Origin: Candidatus Latescibacterota bacterium | GTDB taxonomy: Bacteria > Latescibacterota > UBA2968 > UBA8231 | Direction of reading: 5' to 3' | Assembly: GCA_965242865.1 (NCBI GenBank) | Contig: CBDETK010000013.1 | Location: 4,768,001-4,832,000 of the forward strand | DNA length: 64,000 nt | In this document: positions 8,283 to 17,744 of the stretch, in pieces | Numbering within the stretch: the stretch's first letter is position 1 | Layout: each line of letters begins with the position of its first letter | Translations under genes and position numbers: made by a program | The notes under the pieces: model-generated | Databases searched by the model: none | What the model was told of the DNA's origin: nothing | What the model saw: the letters and a program-made list of their open reading frames with translations, nothing else

Positions 8283-9182
8283 ATGGATAAAACGCCCCAC
8301 AAAGAGAAGCTCACTGCGGCACTCCACAATCCAAAATGCAGTACCGAGGATCGATCTCTGCTCACAGAGATACTTCGATATTACGAGCAATGGATTTCGG
8401 CCATGCGGGAACTCACCGCGCAAGGCTCGGATCGCGTCAGACAGATGACAGGACTCTTAAACGAATACAAAGACAGGCTTGAGGTTGATTTTATTGCAAA
8501 AGAAGGCTCGCCATTTATCAAGCGTCAAAAGGGCCAACTAAAGATAGACAACTCCGTCTTAGAGGAGTTTTTAATCCACCTAGTGCATCCAGCGATTATT
8601 TCAGGGTTGCCGGATGACGATCTCGCACTTACCATAGGACCAACACGTGTATTTATGTCGCTGTCGTTTAATCCGCGAAATCTCGCTGCACTAGCAGAGA
8701 AACCAAACGTCGCCATTAAGACAAAAGACCAAGACTTCATCATTGGGAAAGAGATCTATTACAAGTTTTCACCAGATTTGAACTTCCCGGCGACAACAAC
8801 TGCCGCTGGAACTATTCCGCTAGCTATTCTCGCGGCAGAGTGTAAGATGAACTTGGACAAGACCATGTTTCAGGAAGCATCTGGAACAGCCGCTCGCCTC
8901 AAGCAAGGATGTCCATACGCGCAATACTATGTCCTGAACGAATATCTCGATATGTCACCAGAAGACTGTCGCCTTACTGCGGTCGATAATGTGTATTTGC
9001 TGCGTCATGCCAAGAGACTTCCCACTGATAAGCGGAATGACTACGATGAGATTCGCCGGCAACGTGAAAAACACCCGATAGATCCCAATGTAATACTTAA
9101 ATTTGTGGAAAATCTCGAAGCTTTTGTGAACGCTGTTTGGTATGATCCTGAAGCGGTGCTGGAGCGTGGCTCATTCGTCTAG
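8283..9182 (+). CDS. Bpu10I-family restriction endonuclease
   Basis: RQKGQLKIDNSVLEEF, KDQDF and AECKMNLDKTMFQEA motifs; adjacent to the MTase. Confidence 0.85.
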   Translation: MDKTPHKEKLTAALHNPKCSTEDRSLLTEILRYYEQWISAMRELTAQGSDRVRQMTGLLNEYKDRLEVDFIAKEGSPFIKRQKGQLKIDNSVLEEFLIHLVHPAIISGLPDDDLALTIGPTRVFMSLSFNPRNLAALAEKPNVAIKTKDQDFIIGKEIYYKFSPDLNFPATTTAAGTIPLAILAAECKMNLDKTMFQEASGTAARLKQGCPYAQYYVLNEYLDMSPEDCRLTAVDNVYLLRHAKRLPTDKRNDYDEIRRQREKHPIDPNVILKFVENLEAFVNAVWYDPEAVLERGSFV

Positions 9183-9193
9183 GGAGAAAATTT

Positions 9194-11527
9194 ATGGTAT
9201 CGAGAGACGCCTTGGTCGTCGGGGCTTTGCTGCACGACATAGGCAAATTTGAGTTCAGGACCGCGGACCGGCGGACGCGCCACTCCACTTACGGGGACTT
9301 TTTCGTCGGTGAGTACTTGAGCCGCTTCCGCTGTATGGAGCCAATTTTGGAGGAGGTCCGTCGGTTGGTGGCCCACCACCACGATTGGGAGGGGGATCCC
9401 TTTTTGCGGGAGGCCGATCATCTGGCCACGGCTGATCGGCAGGTAGATGGCAGCCCCGAGACCTTGCGGTCGCTGGTGAGCGTCCTGACCGCCGTGGACA
9501 TTGGGAAAGGTGCCCCACCGCAAGATGTGCATCGCTATGCTCCGGGGCCGGTGGATTTTGCCAATCCCTTTCCCGAACCCATCCCGGGCGTCGCGCCCGC
9601 CGAGTGGCAGCCCGACCGGGAGCAGGCGCGGGACGAGCATGACCGCGCTTGGCAGCAGTTTTGCGCCGAGGTTGAGGCCATGCCCGATGGCGACTTGACG
9701 AGTTGGATCGAGACGTTCTTGGCGGTGGCTCGCAAGCATCTGAGCCGCGTGGCTTCGGCGGCCTACAAATCGCATCCCGATATTTCGCTCTACGATCACG
9801 CCCGCTCGGTGGCCGCGATTGCGGTGTGCCTGCGCGAGGCCCCTCAGCAAGCCGAGCCTTTCTTATTGATCCAAGGGGATATCTCGGGCGTTCAGTCCTT
9901 TCTCTATAAACTGGCCAGCCCGGACGAGGCGAAAAACACGGCCAAACGCCTGCGCGGACGCTCCCTGTTCTTGGTGCTGTTGGCCGAGACCGCAGCGCGT
10001 TACTACATGTGCGCCTTGAATTTGCCGCCGACCAACCTGCTGTACTGTGGCGGTGGGCACTTTTCAATTTTAGCACCCCACACCGACGAAGTGACAGCCA
10101 AGCTGACCGAGGCCGAGAAGCGGGTCAACCGCTGGTTGATTAAGCAGCATCGCGGCGATCTGGCACTGGTGAGCGCGTCCACCCCGGCCGGTCGGGCGCT
10201 GATGGCCGATTTCGCCGGTTTGATGCAGCAGTCTGGCTACGCGCTCAATCGGGCCAAGCGGCAGAAATTTTGCGCTGTATTGGACGAGTCGCTGTTTGCG
10301 TTGCCAGACTACGAGGAGACAATGGACGTCTGCCCGGTGTGCCAAGCCGATTTCGTCAAAGGCACTGGAGATACTTGCCCGGCTTGTGAACGCCACGTGG
10401 AGACCGGACGCCGGATCGTCCAAGCCCAGTACTTGGTGCGGCTCGAAGGGGGCGATTTGGACCCAGCGAGCGATGAATTCGCCGCACTGGGCGCGGCCTA
10501 TAGATTAGCGGCAAACTGGACCGAGGTGGTCCAACACGTCGAGAATACTCGGGCGGAGCGCATGCACGTGGAACGGCTCAACGACAGTGGTTTTCTGACC
10601 GAGGAAGGCACGGCCCTCGGCAACCGATGCCCCGGGCTCAGCTTCGGGTTCCGGCCCCTCGGCCAGTACGCCCCGCGCGACGAGCAAGAGGGAGGGCCGC
10701 TGGACTTTGAGCACTTGGCCAAGCGGAACGCCGCCAATTACCCGCTGTTGGGGGTCGTGCGCCTCGATGTGGATGCGCTGGGCGCGGTATTCGCGTTGGG
10801 GTTGGGCGAGAAGCGGTCGCTGTCGCGCACGGCCACCCTAAGCCGCGAATTGGAGACCTTTTTCTCCGGCTACGTCAACACGTTGGCCGAAAAGCACGCT
10901 ATGTACATCACCTACGCCGGGGGCGACGACCTGTTCGCCGTAGGCTCTTGGATCAACGCCCTCGAATTTAGCCGCGCCCTGCGGCGGGCCTTTGGCTGCT
11001 TTAGCGGCGGCAATCCCAATCTGACCTTTTCGGGGGGCCTGCTCTTTTGCAAGCCGGATTTCCCCATCGGGCGGGCGGCCGAAGCGGCCGGCGAACTGGA
11101 GAAGCGGGCCAAGGATTTCTCAGGCAAAAACGCCCTCTGTCTATTTGACGAAGAGGTCTCATGGGACCGGCTCGACGAGTTGCTCGCCTTTGGCGACGAC
11201 CTGCTATACTTGGTGACCGAGGCGAAACCGGATGACCGCTTGCCCCGTTCATTTGTTCATCGTCTGTTGAACTTGGAAACTGAGCGACGGGCCGCGCACA
11301 AGGCGGGAAAATTGCACGCCGAGATAAAGACGCAGATGCAGCTCAAGTACATGGTAGCCCGACGCGGGGCCACCAGCGAGGCGATCCATGCCCCTGAAGA
11401 AATGGCGGCGGACCGCCGCAAAATAGGGGCCTTGGGACAGCTTGTTTGCGAGCCGAAACTGATGCGCCAGATCGCCGTGCCGGCGTCTTACGTGCTGTAC
11501 AAGACGCGCAACCTCAACAAGGAATAG
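9194..11527 (+). CDS. cas10: Type III-A Cas10/Csm1
   Basis: HD motif LLHDIGKF, DISLYDH, GDISGVQ, Zn finger, palm motif YAGGDD. Confidence 0.97.
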   Translation: MVSRDALVVGALLHDIGKFEFRTADRRTRHSTYGDFFVGEYLSRFRCMEPILEEVRRLVAHHHDWEGDPFLREADHLATADRQVDGSPETLRSLVSVLTAVDIGKGAPPQDVHRYAPGPVDFANPFPEPIPGVAPAEWQPDREQARDEHDRAWQQFCAEVEAMPDGDLTSWIETFLAVARKHLSRVASAAYKSHPDISLYDHARSVAAIAVCLREAPQQAEPFLLIQGDISGVQSFLYKLASPDEAKNTAKRLRGRSLFLVLLAETAARYYMCALNLPPTNLLYCGGGHFSILAPHTDEVTAKLTEAEKRVNRWLIKQHRGDLALVSASTPAGRALMADFAGLMQQSGYALNRAKRQKFCAVLDESLFALPDYEETMDVCPVCQADFVKGTGDTCPACERHVETGRRIVQAQYLVRLEGGDLDPASDEFAALGAAYRLAANWTEVVQHVENTRAERMHVERLNDSGFLTEEGTALGNRCPGLSFGFRPLGQYAPRDEQEGGPLDFEHLAKRNAANYPLLGVVRLDVDALGAVFALGLGEKRSLSRTATLSRELETFFSGYVNTLAEKHAMYITYAGGDDLFAVGSWINALEFSRALRRAFGCFSGGNPNLTFSGGLLFCKPDFPIGRAAEAAGELEKRAKDFSGKNALCLFDEEVSWDRLDELLAFGDDLLYLVTEAKPDDRLPRSFVHRLLNLETERRAAHKAGKLHAEIKTQMQLKYMVARRGATSEAIHAPEEMAADRRKIGALGQLVCEPKLMRQIAVPASYVLYKTRNLNKE

Positions 11528-11536
11528 GAGACCATT

Positions 11537-11989
11537 ATGGCTAACGAACGCAGAGGATCCGACCGCCGGCGGGACCAGCCCACCCGGACGCACGAACCGC
11601 CCATTGATTTGAACGCCATCACCGCCAAGGAATTGGACCGCCGGGGTGAGGAATGGGGCAAGAGGCTGGCGAGGGAAGTTAAGACCAACCAGATCCGCAA
11701 TATCTACGGAGCGGTCCAGCACATCCGCGTCCGCGCCAGTCGGCCCCAGCCCGATACGGCGGACATCAACCGCCGCCTGATCTTCCTCAAGCCGAAACTG
11801 GCTTACGCCAGCGGCCGGCAGGGTGCGCTGAAACCCCTGCGGAATTTCTTGGTGCAGGCGATTGACAGCGTAGTGAAAAACTCCGACCCGAAAAAGCCGG
11901 AAAAAGCCGAAAAAGCGCGGGAGAACTTTTTCTTTTTGATGGAATCCATCGTGGCCTACCACAAATTCTACGGCGGCAAAGATTCATAA
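11537..11989 (+). CDS. csm2: Type III-A small subunit Csm2
   Basis: TNQIRNIY, LKPKLAYASGR, ESIVAYHKFYG. Confidence 0.95.
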   Translation: MANERRGSDRRRDQPTRTHEPPIDLNAITAKELDRRGEEWGKRLAREVKTNQIRNIYGAVQHIRVRASRPQPDTADINRRLIFLKPKLAYASGRQGALKPLRNFLVQAIDSVVKNSDPKKPEKAEKARENFFFLMESIVAYHKFYGGKDS

Positions 11990-12010
11990 CCAGAGGAGGA
12001 CGCTACCATC

Positions 12011-12793
12011 ATGGCCCAATTCATCGGCAACATCATCGTGCGCGGCAAAATCGAGTGCCTCACCGGCCTGCACATCGGCGCGGGCAAAGACTCCGCGGAA
12101 ATCGGCGGGGTCGATAGCCCGGTGGTGCGCGATCCTCATAGTCGCCGGCCCTACATCCCCGGTTCGTCGCTCAAGGGCAAGATGCGCTCCATGCTGGAGT
12201 TTGCCACCGGCAAGGCGAAGGGTGGGAAGGAACACACCTGCGACAAGGCTGACTGCGAAGTGTGTCGGCCTTTCGGGGCGGCCGCAGAGGAGCGCAAATG
12301 CGGCCCGACGCGGCTGCTAGTGCGGGACGCCTATCCCGACGCGGCAACCGTGGAAATGTGGGGGAAGCTGAACTCGGACCTGCCCGACGCGGAAATAAAG
12401 TCGGAGAACTTCCTCGACCGCATCACCTCGGCGGCCAATCCCCGCTTCATCGAGCGGGTGGTCAAGGGATCGCGCTTCAACTTGGAAATGATCTACGGGG
12501 TCTATCGGGTGGACGGAGTAAACGACCTCGACTTTTTCGCTCATGTAGAGACTGCGCTACGCCTGCTCGAAGACGGGACTTTGGGCGGCAACGGCAGCCG
12601 CGGCTACGGCCAGATACGCCTGAAGCTGGCCGCGCCTGTTTTCTTGGACCGGCAGGACTACCGCGGGGGCAGCGACAAGTGGAAGCGAGCCAGACAGTGG
12701 CCCGAAGAAGAAGCCTTTTCGCTGGGCATGGGCGATTTCAAGCTGGACCGGGGGGATGCTACCTGCCAAGCATGGGATAAAGCCCTCGCATGA
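12011..12793 (+). CDS. csm3: Type III-A RAMP Csm3
   Basis: TGLHIG, GGVDSPVVRD, PYIPGSSLKGKMR, LGGNGSRGYG. Confidence 0.96.
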   Translation: MAQFIGNIIVRGKIECLTGLHIGAGKDSAEIGGVDSPVVRDPHSRRPYIPGSSLKGKMRSMLEFATGKAKGGKEHTCDKADCEVCRPFGAAAEERKCGPTRLLVRDAYPDAATVEMWGKLNSDLPDAEIKSENFLDRITSAANPRFIERVVKGSRFNLEMIYGVYRVDGVNDLDFFAHVETALRLLEDGTLGGNGSRGYGQIRLKLAAPVFLDRQDYRGGSDKWKRARQWPEEEAFSLGMGDFKLDRGDATCQAWDKALA

Positions 12794-13740
12794 AAGCGAT
12801 CTACTTGGAATCCCGAGGGGCCTACCGCAACGAGCTGCATTCGGACACCCTGTTCGGGCTGATCTGCTGGGCGATTCGCGAGGTCTTTTCCGAGGCGCGG
12901 TTGGTGGAACTGCTCGAAGCCTTTGCCGCGGGCCAGCCTCCCTTCCTGATCAGCTCGGCCTTTCCCCTCGCCCAAGACGGGAAGCCCTTTTTGCCGCGTC
13001 CCCAGCTCCAGCCGCCCCAGCCGGTGGGCGAACAAGAAGAAGCGCAGCGGCTCAAACGGTACAAGCGTCTCCGCTACATTCCCGCCGAGCACTTCAACCA
13101 GTTTGTGCAGGGCGGCTATTCCGAGCGTTCGTACTATGCGTCCGGCGACTGGGAAGACTTGAAAGCACCGGTTCCCCAGCGCACTGACCGCTTGCGTAGC
13201 ACCATTGACCGCTTGAGCGGCACCACGGATGGCGAGGGCACCCTATTCGCCGGGACTGAATACCGGGCCGGTAGCGGCCTCTACTTCCTCCTCGACGGGG
13301 CCGAGGCCGAGCTGGTGGAAAACGCGCTCCGTTTTTTAGAGGACTTCGGCTGGGGCGGCGGCAATAGCGTGGGCTATGGCCACTTTGCCGCGACGGTGGG
13401 TGAGAGTCCGCTTGGGGAGCCGGTAGCCGCGCCGGACCGCTTTGTCACCCTGTCCCTGTACCATCCCCGACCCGAGGAACTGACGCATTTTCGCACGGGC
13501 GAGGCGTGGTATGAGTTGACGGTGCGCAAGGGCAAGGTGGGCGGCCATTTCCTAGCGGCGGGCGACTTCTGGAAGCGGTCGGTATTGATGTTCGCGCCCG
13601 GATCGACCTTTTCAGCCATGGCGGAACAGCAAGTGTACGGACGCAATCCCATCGTCAAAGGGCGGCAGGATGGGTTGCCTTTTGATGTGCAGCAGTTCGG
13701 CTATGCTTTTGCCGTCGGGATGAGGGTGGCTAGGGAGTAG
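12790..13740 (+). CDS. csm4: Type III-A RAMP Csm4
   Basis: LHSDTLFG, ISSAFP, GGGNSVGYGHF. Confidence 0.94.
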   Translation: MKAIYLESRGAYRNELHSDTLFGLICWAIREVFSEARLVELLEAFAAGQPPFLISSAFPLAQDGKPFLPRPQLQPPQPVGEQEEAQRLKRYKRLRYIPAEHFNQFVQGGYSERSYYASGDWEDLKAPVPQRTDRLRSTIDRLSGTTDGEGTLFAGTEYRAGSGLYFLLDGAEAELVENALRFLEDFGWGGGNSVGYGHFAATVGESPLGEPVAAPDRFVTLSLYHPRPEELTHFRTGEAWYELTVRKGKVGGHFLAAGDFWKRSVLMFAPGSTFSAMAEQQVYGRNPIVKGRQDGLPFDVQQFGYAFAVGMRVARE

Positions 13741-13989
13741 AATTGCCGCTATGCGCTATAAGGGGGACGGCACGGGGGCCGTCCCTTACAGCATTTTGCG
13801 TTGGTGTGGAGCGGTCGCTGTACGGGACGGCATGGAGGCCGTCTCGCACAGCACTTTGTCGTCAGGTATGAAGTGGCCGCTGTACGGGATGGCCCCCGTG
13901 CCATCCCGTACCCAATCACCAATCCAATCAGAAAACGGAGGCAAAAAAATGCCGCTGTACGGGACGGCCCCCGTGCCGTCCCGTACAGC
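13741..13989. repeat. Cluster of four REP-like palindromes flanked by 21-bp direct repeats (13720-13740, 13990-14010)
   Basis: gctGTACGGGACGG-cccccgtg-CCGTCCCGTACagc variants in both orientations; flanks atgagg(g/c)tggctagggagtag. Confidence 0.85.
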
Positions 13990-14013
13990 ATGAGGCTGGC
14001 TAGGGAGTAGGAT

Positions 14014-15756
14014 ATGGAACGGATTGCACAGTGTCTGTCGCCGGTACACATCGGGACGGGTACGGATATTGACCCTTTTGACTATATCGTCGATGGGCCG
14101 CGCTATATTCGCATTGACCTCGACGCGGTACTCGAACAGATGACGCCCGAACAGGCCGATGCGCTGGCTAGTTGGCTCAGCGAGCGGGCCGACCGGATCG
14201 TAGAAGCGAGCGGGGGCCAACGCGACGATATCCGGCGGGAGATGCAGCTATTGAATTTCCCTGGGGCCGACGCCGCGTTGAAAGAGGCCCTCCGCAAGGA
14301 TGCGGCCCTGAGACGCTACTGCGGCGACCGGGGTTTTGGGCGCAACTTGCAGGTGCGCGAGCAGATCAAGGACGCGGATGAGACGCCCTGCATTCCGGGC
14401 AGTTCGCTCAAGGGTGCCCTGCGCACGGCCCTCGCTTTTGTCGCGTTGGAAGAAATGGGGCCGGACGAGCGGCAGACGGTGGGGCGGCGGCTCGAACAGA
14501 AGGTGCAGCAGGTCGAAGCGGCAGAGGCGCGGGGATGGCAACGGGACCTCCGCCGCCTGCAAGAATCCATCGGCCAAGAAATAGAACAGGCCGTCTTTCG
14601 CTGCGGCAAGAAGCAGCGAGATGGACGGGTTAGCTACGGCGACATCCACTACGACTTGATGCGGGCCGTTTCAATATCGGACACCTACAATGCCCAAGCG
14701 GAATTGATCGTGCCGCAGATATACACCTTTGTCGAGCAGCGCAACAAAGATGGAAGGACCCGGCTGGACTCCCAAGCCCCGCTCATTGCCGAGGCGCACG
14801 CGCCGGGCAATACCTTCCGCCTGCGGTTGCAAGTCAACGGTGCGCTCCTGCGGGCGGCGAGCCACAACCGGAGCAATAACGAGTGGATCGACTTTGATCG
14901 ACAGGTGCAACGGGCCTTTGGTCCCGAGGTGGCGCGGCTGTTGCCAAACGCTTCGGGCGAGCAAATTGAGCAGGCCGTGATCGCCCGGATTGAAGCGGCG
15001 GCCCGACGCTTTGCCCAAGCGGTTGTGGCGGCCGAACAGGGCTGGACGGACGCGCACGGACACGGTTCGACCGACGCCCTAAAGGACTTTTACAACCGGC
15101 TGGGTGGTCTGATCGGGGAAGGACAGGTGCCGTTGCGGCTGGGCTGGGGCAGCCACTTCATGGCTACTACGCTGCTGCTGGTGCTGAAGGAGGATGCGAG
15201 TTGGCGGCCTCTACTGGAGCGGTGCTTCCGGGCGTTTAAGTTGGGCCTTCCGCCGCGCAAAGGACCAAGCAAAAGACCGTACGCGATTGATCTCGACGAT
15301 TTCCCCCGCTCTCGCCGACTCGTTGCGTCCGGCAAACGGCCAATCGCGCCGCTGGGCTGGATCGCATTGGTGCCGACGGGCGAGGCGTTGCCCGGAGCAC
15401 TGGTGGAAAAGGAGCGGCTGCTCGCCCGAACTCAGGCGGAGGAACCGAGGCGGGCGAGCCGGTCCCAAGGCCGCGAGCCCCGATCGACGCCGCGCCCCGA
15501 ACGGCCTCTCCAGCCGATAAAAATTCCCAAGCCGGCCCCGAAACCGCCGCCCCGCAAAGGGCCTCAGCCGGGCGACCGCGTCAACGTGGAAATTGTGGCC
15601 AACGACAACGCTCAGGTCGTGGTAAAGGTGCTGGACAATCAGGGCGAAGAGGTGCGGTTTCGGCAGAGCTACTACCCGGGGCGGCCCGGAACGAGGAAGA
15701 AGATGAAGGTCAGGAAGGTGGACGCCCAAGGCCGGATAACGCAGGTGGCCCCTTGA
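14014..15756 (+). CDS. csm5: Type III-A RAMP Csm5 with Pro-rich linker and C-terminal beta-rich extension
   Basis: LSPVHIGTG, IPGSSLKGALRTA, LRLGWGS, PLGWI. Confidence 0.9.
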   Translation: MERIAQCLSPVHIGTGTDIDPFDYIVDGPRYIRIDLDAVLEQMTPEQADALASWLSERADRIVEASGGQRDDIRREMQLLNFPGADAALKEALRKDAALRRYCGDRGFGRNLQVREQIKDADETPCIPGSSLKGALRTALAFVALEEMGPDERQTVGRRLEQKVQQVEAAEARGWQRDLRRLQESIGQEIEQAVFRCGKKQRDGRVSYGDIHYDLMRAVSISDTYNAQAELIVPQIYTFVEQRNKDGRTRLDSQAPLIAEAHAPGNTFRLRLQVNGALLRAASHNRSNNEWIDFDRQVQRAFGPEVARLLPNASGEQIEQAVIARIEAAARRFAQAVVAAEQGWTDAHGHGSTDALKDFYNRLGGLIGEGQVPLRLGWGSHFMATTLLLVLKEDASWRPLLERCFRAFKLGLPPRKGPSKRPYAIDLDDFPRSRRLVASGKRPIAPLGWIALVPTGEALPGALVEKERLLARTQAEEPRRASRSQGREPRSTPRPERPLQPIKIPKPAPKPPPRKGPQPGDRVNVEIVANDNAQVVVKVLDNQGEEVRFRQSYYPGRPGTRKKMKVRKVDAQGRITQVAP

Positions 15757-15775
15757 TCGGCCAAAGGAGATACTC

Positions 15776-17524
15776 ATGACGACGGAGCACATTCTACTGA
15801 CCAGTCTGGGGGTGAGACCTCAGGAAACGAAATACCAGTGGGGCGAGCGAACAGTTACCGCATCGTTTACCCCACTGGCATTAGTGCAACTTCTCGACCC
15901 GTCGCAGCAGCCCAATCGCGTTGTCGCGGTGGTCACGCAAGAGGCGAAAGCCAAAACGTGGCCGCTCTTTGAGAAGGGAATTCATCAAACGCTCGGTTTC
16001 GCGCCCGCAGGGATTGATATTCCCGACGGAAATAGCTCTGACGAAATTCGCCAGATTCTCGAATCCGTAGCCGCGTGCGTTCGAGAAGGCGCGGAACTCA
16101 CGCTCGATGTCACGCAAGGGTTGCGGCACTTTCCATTCATCTTTTACGCTTTGGCACTCTACCTTAAATCGCTTCGCAACGTAAAAATTCGCGGTGCTTA
16201 CTACGGCATGATAGAAGGGCTTTCAAAAGACGCGCCCAAGCCGATCATTGACCTTCGACCATTACTCGAATTGCCGGAGTGGTTCCATGCGGTGCGCATG
16301 TTCCGCGATCAGGGGACGACCTTGCCCATAGCAGAACTGCTTGAGCCGTTGGGATGTAGGCTAGAGAAGGAAACCGCGGAACTGTTCAAGGCTGGTAATC
16401 ATGCGGAGGGTCTAGAACGCAGAGCCCAAGTCAAGCAAGTCAAAGATGTCGTTGGTTGGCTTGAAAAGCGTTCGTTTGCTTATGAGTCTGCCTTGCCGCT
16501 CGAATTGGGAAGAGCGAGTCGGCTACTCAGCGATTCGATTAAGAACCTCACCTCTATGAAATTCGACGCGATCCCGCCACTTGCTAAAGAACTAACGGAT
16601 ACCATCGCCAGCGTGGCTGAAGACGCGGCCTTAGCAGGTAATCTGGCAAGAAAGAAGGGGGAATGGAAAACGAAAGCCTCTCTAGATACGGCGGAGTTAG
16701 AGCGTCAGGCTCAGATGATTGATTTGTACTTGGACCGGGACCAACTGCCGCTGGCGGCTGGTTTAATGCGCGAGTGGGTGGTCTCTTGGGCCGTATGGAA
16801 AGATGGAAATCAGCAGTGGCTAGACCGCAAAGTGCGCCGGCGGTATGAGCGTCGCCTCGGTGCTATTGGAGCCTTTGCCAGAGATAAGGCAAGCACACCA
16901 GCGCAGCAGGAGTTCGGCAACTTCTGGAATCAGTTGACCGATGATCTACGCAATGCCCTGCACCACCATGCCATGCGTGAAAAAGCACTTGAAGAGCCAC
17001 CCAAATCCCTTGAATCGGTGCGGTGCTTTTGGAACCGGCTGAGAGCGGGAGAGATCGACCTACCAGTGTTAGGCAGCGGTGGAGGTCGGCTGCTGCTCTC
17101 GCCGCAAGGGACGAAACCGGGTGTGTTGTTTTCAGCGTTAAAGGTCGCTCAACCCGATACCTGTCTGGTAATATGCTCAGCCACATCGAAAAGCAGCATT
17201 GGTGAAGCCAGCGAGCATGCTGGCTTTCAAGGTTCCATTGAGCAGATTGAACTGACCGATCCGCACGGCGATTTTAATAAAATCAAGGCGTTCGTGGAAC
17301 AGGCCCGTTGCCATCTGTTGAATGCTTACGAGGTGGTGGCTAACGTGACCGGCGGCACGACCCTGATGGGCCTGATTGTGCAACGGCTGGTTGAAGAGGC
17401 CCAAAAGCTGGATCGCCCGGTGCGACGCTTTGCCCTCATAGATCGTCGGCCTCCGGCCGAACAGGACCGCGATCCGTTTGTACAAGGCGAGCACCACTGG
17501 CTTGACGACCCACTAACCAAATAG
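15776..17524 (+). CDS. Csx1/TM1812-like effector: CARF - HEPN - second CARF-like domain
   Basis: LLTSLG and LDVTQGLRH (CARF); RNALHH (HEPN RxxxxH); LLLSPQGTKPG and VANVTGGTT (CARF). Confidence 0.8.
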   Translation: MTTEHILLTSLGVRPQETKYQWGERTVTASFTPLALVQLLDPSQQPNRVVAVVTQEAKAKTWPLFEKGIHQTLGFAPAGIDIPDGNSSDEIRQILESVAACVREGAELTLDVTQGLRHFPFIFYALALYLKSLRNVKIRGAYYGMIEGLSKDAPKPIIDLRPLLELPEWFHAVRMFRDQGTTLPIAELLEPLGCRLEKETAELFKAGNHAEGLERRAQVKQVKDVVGWLEKRSFAYESALPLELGRASRLLSDSIKNLTSMKFDAIPPLAKELTDTIASVAEDAALAGNLARKKGEWKTKASLDTAELERQAQMIDLYLDRDQLPLAAGLMREWVVSWAVWKDGNQQWLDRKVRRRYERRLGAIGAFARDKASTPAQQEFGNFWNQLTDDLRNALHHHAMREKALEEPPKSLESVRCFWNRLRAGEIDLPVLGSGGGRLLLSPQGTKPGVLFSALKVAQPDTCLVICSATSKSSIGEASEHAGFQGSIEQIELTDPHGDFNKIKAFVEQARCHLLNAYEVVANVTGGTTLMGLIVQRLVEEAQKLDRPVRRFALIDRRPPAEQDRDPFVQGEHHWLDDPLTK

Positions 17525-17532
17525 CGAGGATA

Positions 17533-17648
17533 TAGTAATCCTACATCGTTTAAGGCTGGATTCCCGCCCCGTGTCGAGGCACGGGGTGACGTTCTTTCGC
17601 GGGAATGACGCCTCCTAGACAAAAAAGACGGTGCCGATGAACATTCCA
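17533..17648 (+). repeat. Intergenic repeat element with ATTCCC...GGGAAT core, copy A
   Basis: Aligns with 26868-26955; carries an extra internal hairpin. Confidence 0.8.
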
Positions 17649-17744
17649 TGCTTTCAAGTCATTTAGGACGACTATAAGGTCTCTTCGGCGGTACGTTGAA
17701 TCCGATCTACAGCTCGAGATATACAGAAAGGAAACATTTACATT

